The notes beneath the pieces were generated by a model. It had not been told where the DNA came from. It saw only the letters and a program-made list of their open reading frames with translations, and did not search any database. Below, piece after piece: positions 27,417-31,231 of a DNA stretch of 31,231 nt (within the stretch, counting starts at the first letter, position 1; the number at the start of each line of letters is the position of its first letter). This DNA comes from Hyphomicrobiales bacterium (GTDB taxonomy: Bacteria; Pseudomonadota; Alphaproteobacteria; Rhizobiales; JAUVMS01): positions 1 through 31,231 of the forward strand of contig JAUVMS010000001.1 of NCBI GenBank assembly GCA_030600135.1, in the 5' to 3' direction. Made by a program: the position numbers and the translations under genes.

Positions 27417-28226
27417 ATGAGCCGAGCGCCACTCATGCCCAAGGCGACCGCCGTTTGGCTGGTCGACAACACGTCACTCACGTTTGAGCAGATTGCTGAG
27501 TTTTGTGGACTTCACGTGCTCGAGATCAAAGGCATCGCGGATGGTGACGTTGCCCAAGGCATCAAAGGCATGGACCCGATCGCCTCGGGCCAGCTCACGC
27601 GTAACGAAATCAAGAAGGGCCAAGCCGACACGGCCTATCGATTGAAGATTTCCGGACCCAAAGTCGAGATCCCCGTGGTCAAGACCAAGAAGGGTCCACG
27701 CTACACCCCTGTCTCGCGCCGCCAGGACCGGCCGAACGCCATCTTGTGGCTGCTGCGCCATCACCCCGAGGTTAGGGACAGTCAAGTCATGCGCCTCGTT
27801 GGCACGACCAAACCGACCATCGAGTCCATTCGCGAGCGCACGCATTGGAATTCACCAAATCTACAACCGCAGGACCCGGTTACGCTTGGCCTGTGCACCC
27901 AGATCGACCTGGACAACGAGGTCAGGAAAGCTGCCAAGCGCATCGAGCGTGAGCAAAGGGCCTTGGGCAAGGACGTCGACAAGGCTGGAACACTCTTGCC
28001 CGCTGAACAGACCACGGCCGAACCGGCGGTCGCCGAATCGCGGTTCGTGTCTAAACCCAAATCGAAACCGGACGAGGATCTGGCCGATTGGGTCGCAGAC
28101 CGTCCGGCAGCACCAGCTGAGGAGGAAGCGCCGGATGCAGATACCGTGTTTGGCAAGCTTGCCGCACTCAAGCAGGACGAGCCCTCGCCCGAAGGAAGCG
28201 ACGAAACCCCGACCGAATCGAATTGA
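27417..28226 (+). CDS. DUF1013 family protein (alphaproteobacterial conserved protein)
   Basis: MSRAPLMPKATAVWLVDNTSLTFEQIAEFCGLH..EIKGIADG, RYTPVSRRQDRPNAILWL and TRHWN-like motifs. AAGGAG RBS before ATG 27417. Confidence 0.92.
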   Translation: MSRAPLMPKATAVWLVDNTSLTFEQIAEFCGLHVLEIKGIADGDVAQGIKGMDPIASGQLTRNEIKKGQADTAYRLKISGPKVEIPVVKTKKGPRYTPVSRRQDRPNAILWLLRHHPEVRDSQVMRLVGTTKPTIESIRERTHWNSPNLQPQDPVTLGLCTQIDLDNEVRKAAKRIEREQRALGKDVDKAGTLLPAEQTTAEPAVAESRFVSKPKSKPDEDLADWVADRPAAPAEEEAPDADTVFGKLAALKQDEPSPEGSDETPTESN

Positions 28227-28703
28227 CGCCAGAGCACTGCCGGCTGCCATTTCTGCACTGGAACAGCCGCCACTACGGCTCGGCCCGCGCTCAAGCAGCG
28301 AGCTGCATCTCTAAAGTTTGCGTTCAGGGCCTTCGGACCCTGGCGCCACGCAGGCTGCGCGCCTCAACGGCGCTAGTCGTCGCTAGCGCTCCTCCGCGAC
28401 TCCCTCACCGTCGTGCTCGTCCGCGACTCCTTCGCCGTCTCGCTCTGGCTCCGAGCGCAGCGAGGTAAGGCCGACTGGCCGTCGCGGTTTAGCCGCGCCC
28501 ATGCGGAGGCCGTCGCCGGAGGCGACGAATAGCCGTGAGCTGCATAGACTCGCGCAGCGAGGCAAGGCCGACCGGCCGCCGCGGCGCCCGCGCTCAAGTA
28601 GCGAGCGCTTGTCGCGAGCAGTAGCGCAAGCAAAAGAGCCACGCCGGCGCTTAGCGCCGCCTCCGCGGAAGCGGCAGGTACGCCTTCGACCAAAACGGAT
28701 CCT
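28227..28703. repeat. Composite REP/MITE-like repeat region with multiple hairpins
   Basis: Three duplicated modules: 21 nt at 28283/28586 (1 mismatch), a 27-nt tandem at 28393/28420, and 33 nt at 28455/28552 (3 mismatches). Hairpins lie at 28241-28269, 28325-28342 (cUUCGg), 28370-28389 and 28511-28527. Confidence 0.7.
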
Positions 28704-29492
28704 CTAGTCGCTCACCTCGACGACGTAGTTGAGCGGCAGCCGCCCGCCATCGGCGTAGATCGTTTCACCGGTGATATAGCTCGCCTCCTCGCTCGCCAGG
28801 AACGCGACGATCGCCGCGATCTCCTCCGGCCTCCCGAAACGCCCGAGCGGCGTCCTGGAGAGCACCTTGCGACGGGCCTTTTCGTCTTTTGCCACGGCCG
28901 CCAGCATCGGCGTCATGATGCTACCTGGCCCGATTGCGTTGACACGGATACCGTAGGACGCAAGCGACAACGCCATGCCCTTGGTCAAGCTCTGAATACC
29001 GGCCTTGCTGATGGAATAGGTGATGTGATCCGGAAGCGCGTAGAACGCGTTGACGGAGGCCATGTTGATGACGGCGCCGGGAGGATCACCGGCATCGACC
29101 TGCTTCACCATTTGGCGTGCCACCGCCTGGCCGACCAAAAAGCTGCCACGAAGATTGACCCCAAGAACACGATCGAATTCCTCGACATCGAGGTCGAGGA
29201 ACTGGGCATCGTCGAGGATACCGGCATTGTTGACCAAAATGTCGACCCTCTCGTGTTCCTCGAGCAATGCCGCCATCAGGTTCATGACATCGAGCCGCTC
29301 GGAGACATCGCAGCTCACGAAACGCGCCTCGTGCCCGGCGCCAACCAGATCCTCGGCTGCGCGCTGCCCGCCCTCCTCGTCTTTATCAGCCAGAATGACT
29401 TTCGCGCCTTCGTGCGCGAGGCGAACCGTGCAGGCGTGTCCAATCCCGCGTGCCGCGCCCGTAACGATGGCCACCTTGCCCTTCAACGTCAT
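28704..29492 (-). CDS. Short-chain dehydrogenase/reductase (classical SDR)
   Basis: Motifs TGAARGIG, LVNNAGI, YSISK (YxxxK), IRVNAIGPG and YITGETIYADGG. The substrate is unknown. Confidence 0.95.
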   Translation of the reverse strand: MTLKGKVAIVTGAARGIGHACTVRLAHEGAKVILADKDEEGGQRAAEDLVGAGHEARFVSCDVSERLDVMNLMAALLEEHERVDILVNNAGILDDAQFLDLDVEEFDRVLGVNLRGSFLVGQAVARQMVKQVDAGDPPGAVINMASVNAFYALPDHITYSISKAGIQSLTKGMALSLASYGIRVNAIGPGSIMTPMLAAVAKDEKARRKVLSRTPLGRFGRPEEIAAIVAFLASEEASYITGETIYADGGRLPLNYVVEVSD

Positions 29493-29559
29493 GACGCCGC
29501 CTCCCGATTGTTGTGTCGGCTCGCTCGAGCAATCTCATGCCGAATGAATTTGCCTAAGG

Positions 29560-31231
29560 CTACGCCGGAAGGCCACGCCCCTTCAAGGCATCACCAATCT
29601 CGGTGAGGATTTCCGGATCATCGATCGTTGCCGGCATCTTGTATTCGGTGCCATCGGCGATGCAGCGCATCGTGCCCCGCAAGATCTTGCCCGAGCGCGT
29701 TTTGGGTAGTCGCTGGACGACAATCGCCGTTTTGAATGCGGCGACCGGACCAATTTTCTCCCGCACCAGCTGCACGACTTCGCTCTCGATTTCCGCAGGT
29801 TCACGGTTGACCCCGGCATTGAGCACAAGAAAGCCGGCGGGAATTTGCCCTTTCATCTGGTCAGCAATGCCAATCACGGCGCATTCGGCAACATCGGGAT
29901 GGCTCGCAACGACCTCTTCCATGCCCCCGGTTGAGAGGCGATGGCCGGCTACATTTATGATGTCGTCGGTCCGCGCCATGACGAAGATGTAACCCGCGTC
30001 ATCGACATATCCGGCGTCGGCCGTCTTGTAGTAGCCCGGGTATTCCTCGAGGTAGCTTTCCCGAAATCGCTGATCGTTGTTCCAAAGTGTCGGAAAACAA
30101 CTGGGTGGCAAAGGCAGCTTGACGGAGATCGCTCCTGTTTCACCAGGGGCCAACTCGTTGAGTTGGTCGTCCAAAATGCGAATATCATAGCCCGGCATGG
30201 CGACGGTGGGTGAACCATGGCGAATTGGCAGGGCACCAAGACCCATCGGGTTTGCGGCGATGGCCCAGCCGGTTTCAGTTTGCCACCAATGATCGATCAC
30301 CGGCACGCCGAGTTTTTCTTCGGCCCATTGCAACGTATCCGGATCGGCCCTTTCCCCTGCAAGGAACAGCGTTTTGAATTTGGACAAATCATAGTCGCCA
30401 ATGAGCGCCCCTTCGGGGTCTTCCTTCTTGATGGCGCGAAAAGCCGTCGGTGCGGTAAAAAGCGCCGCCACGCCATGCTCTGATATCACGCGCCAAAAAA
30501 CTCCGGCGTCAGGCGTACCAACTGGCTTGCCCTCAAACACCATCGTCGTGCAGCCATGCAGCAGCGGCGCATAGACGATGTAGGAGTGACCAACCACCCA
30601 CCCGACATCGGACGCCGCCCAATAAACCTCGCCCGGATCGATGTCGTAGATGTTTTTCATCGACCATTTGAGCGCCACCATGTGCCCGCCGTTGTCGCGA
30701 ACCACGCCCTTCGGCTCGCCGGTCGTGCCGGAGGTATAGAGAATATAAAGCGGGTCTGTCGCCGCCACGGGAACGCAATCGGCACGGTTTCCCGCCACCT
30801 TGGCCGCACTGACCAAAGCCGCCCAATCCTGATCGCGCCCCGCGATCATGCCTGCCTCCAGCATCGCACGTTGGAGAACAATGCAGGTGTCCGGCTTGTG
30901 CGAGGAAATCTCGATCGCTTCATCGAGCAGCGGCTTATAGGCCACCACGCGTCCCGGCTCGATGCCGCACGATGCCGAGACGATGATCTTGGGCTGGGCG
31001 TCGTTAATTCTCGTCGCCAATTCGTTCGCGGCAAAGCCACCGAAGACGACAGAGTGAATTGCGCCAATGCGGGCGCACGCCAACATGGCGATCACCGCCT
31101 CTGGGATCATCGGCATATAGATGATGACGCGGTCGCCCTTGCCGACGCCCTTCTGAGCCATGACAGCGGCAAACGTGGCGACCTCATCCGTCAGTTCCCG
31201 ATAGGTGTAGCTCTTCTTGGTTTCCGTGACC
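29560..31231 (-). CDS. prpE: Propionyl-CoA synthetase / short-chain acyl-CoA ligase (5' part outside window)
   Basis: Motifs YTSGTTGEPKG, WAASDVGWVVGHSY, DHWWQTETG, RTDDIINVAGHRLS and LPKTRSGKILR. The frame stays open to the window edge (VTETKKSYTYRELT...). Confidence 0.9.
   Translation of the reverse strand, partial: VTETKKSYTYRELTDEVATFAAVMAQKGVGKGDRVIIYMPMIPEAVIAMLACARIGAIHSVVFGGFAANELATRINDAQPKIIVSASCGIEPGRVVAYKPLLDEAIEISSHKPDTCIVLQRAMLEAGMIAGRDQDWAALVSAAKVAGNRADCVPVAATDPLYILYTSGTTGEPKGVVRDNGGHMVALKWSMKNIYDIDPGEVYWAASDVGWVVGHSYIVYAPLLHGCTTMVFEGKPVGTPDAGVFWRVISEHGVAALFTAPTAFRAIKKEDPEGALIGDYDLSKFKTLFLAGERADPDTLQWAEEKLGVPVIDHWWQTETGWAIAANPMGLGALPIRHGSPTVAMPGYDIRILDDQLNELAPGETGAISVKLPLPPSCFPTLWNNDQRFRESYLEEYPGYYKTADAGYVDDAGYIFVMARTDDIINVAGHRLSTGGMEEVVASHPDVAECAVIGIADQMKGQIPAGFLVLNAGVNREPAEIESEVVQLVREKIGPVAAFKTAIVVQRLPKTRSGKILRGTMRCIADGTEYKMPATIDDPEILTEIGDALKGRGLPA

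Noticed and set aside
28455-28584. CRISPR array from the two 33-nt direct repeats
   Set aside because: There are only two copies, the intervening segment is 64 nt and itself structured, and there are no cas genes in the window.
28373-28707. Small ORFs 28373..28693 (-), 28383..28565 (-) and 28501..28707 (+)
   Set aside because: They are low-complexity Arg/Ala-rich translations of the repeat region, with no RBS or recognisable motif.

Overview
This is a GC-rich alphaproteobacterial chromosomal segment, most consistent with Hyphomicrobiales/Hyphomicrobiaceae by gene order and protein style (inference). It is mostly core genes. From left to right: a lipid A cluster (C-terminus of an MsbA-like ABC transporter, CtpA-like tyrosine-phosphatase homolog, a single ORF fusing DUF374/LpxJ-like acyltransferase to Kdo transferase WaaA, lpxK, DUF2093); xseA; purD plus a fluoroacetate-dehalogenase-like hydrolase; a patatin; tadA / rluB-rsmD; an arsR plus ArsP-like permease pair; a serine hydrolase; a small exported protein; mutL; a short-type pgi; two M16 peptidases; a lipoprotein; lspA-ileS-ribF; a MaoC/PhaJ-like hydratase; DUF1013; an SDR; and a partial propionyl-CoA synthetase. 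I found no tRNA, rRNA, CRISPR array, integrase or transposase. The most notable observations are the LpxJ-like::WaaA fusion beside a CtpA-like phosphatase, a 478-bp hairpin- and repeat-packed spacer at 28227-28703, an orphan three-hairpin/terminator sRNA candidate at about 27160-27262, an ArsR with a methylarsenite-type Cys pattern, FNR/FixK-like boxes before ileS and pgi, and an abrupt codon-usage switch in the first ~120 bases. All family assignments come from motif recognition by eye; no database search was run.
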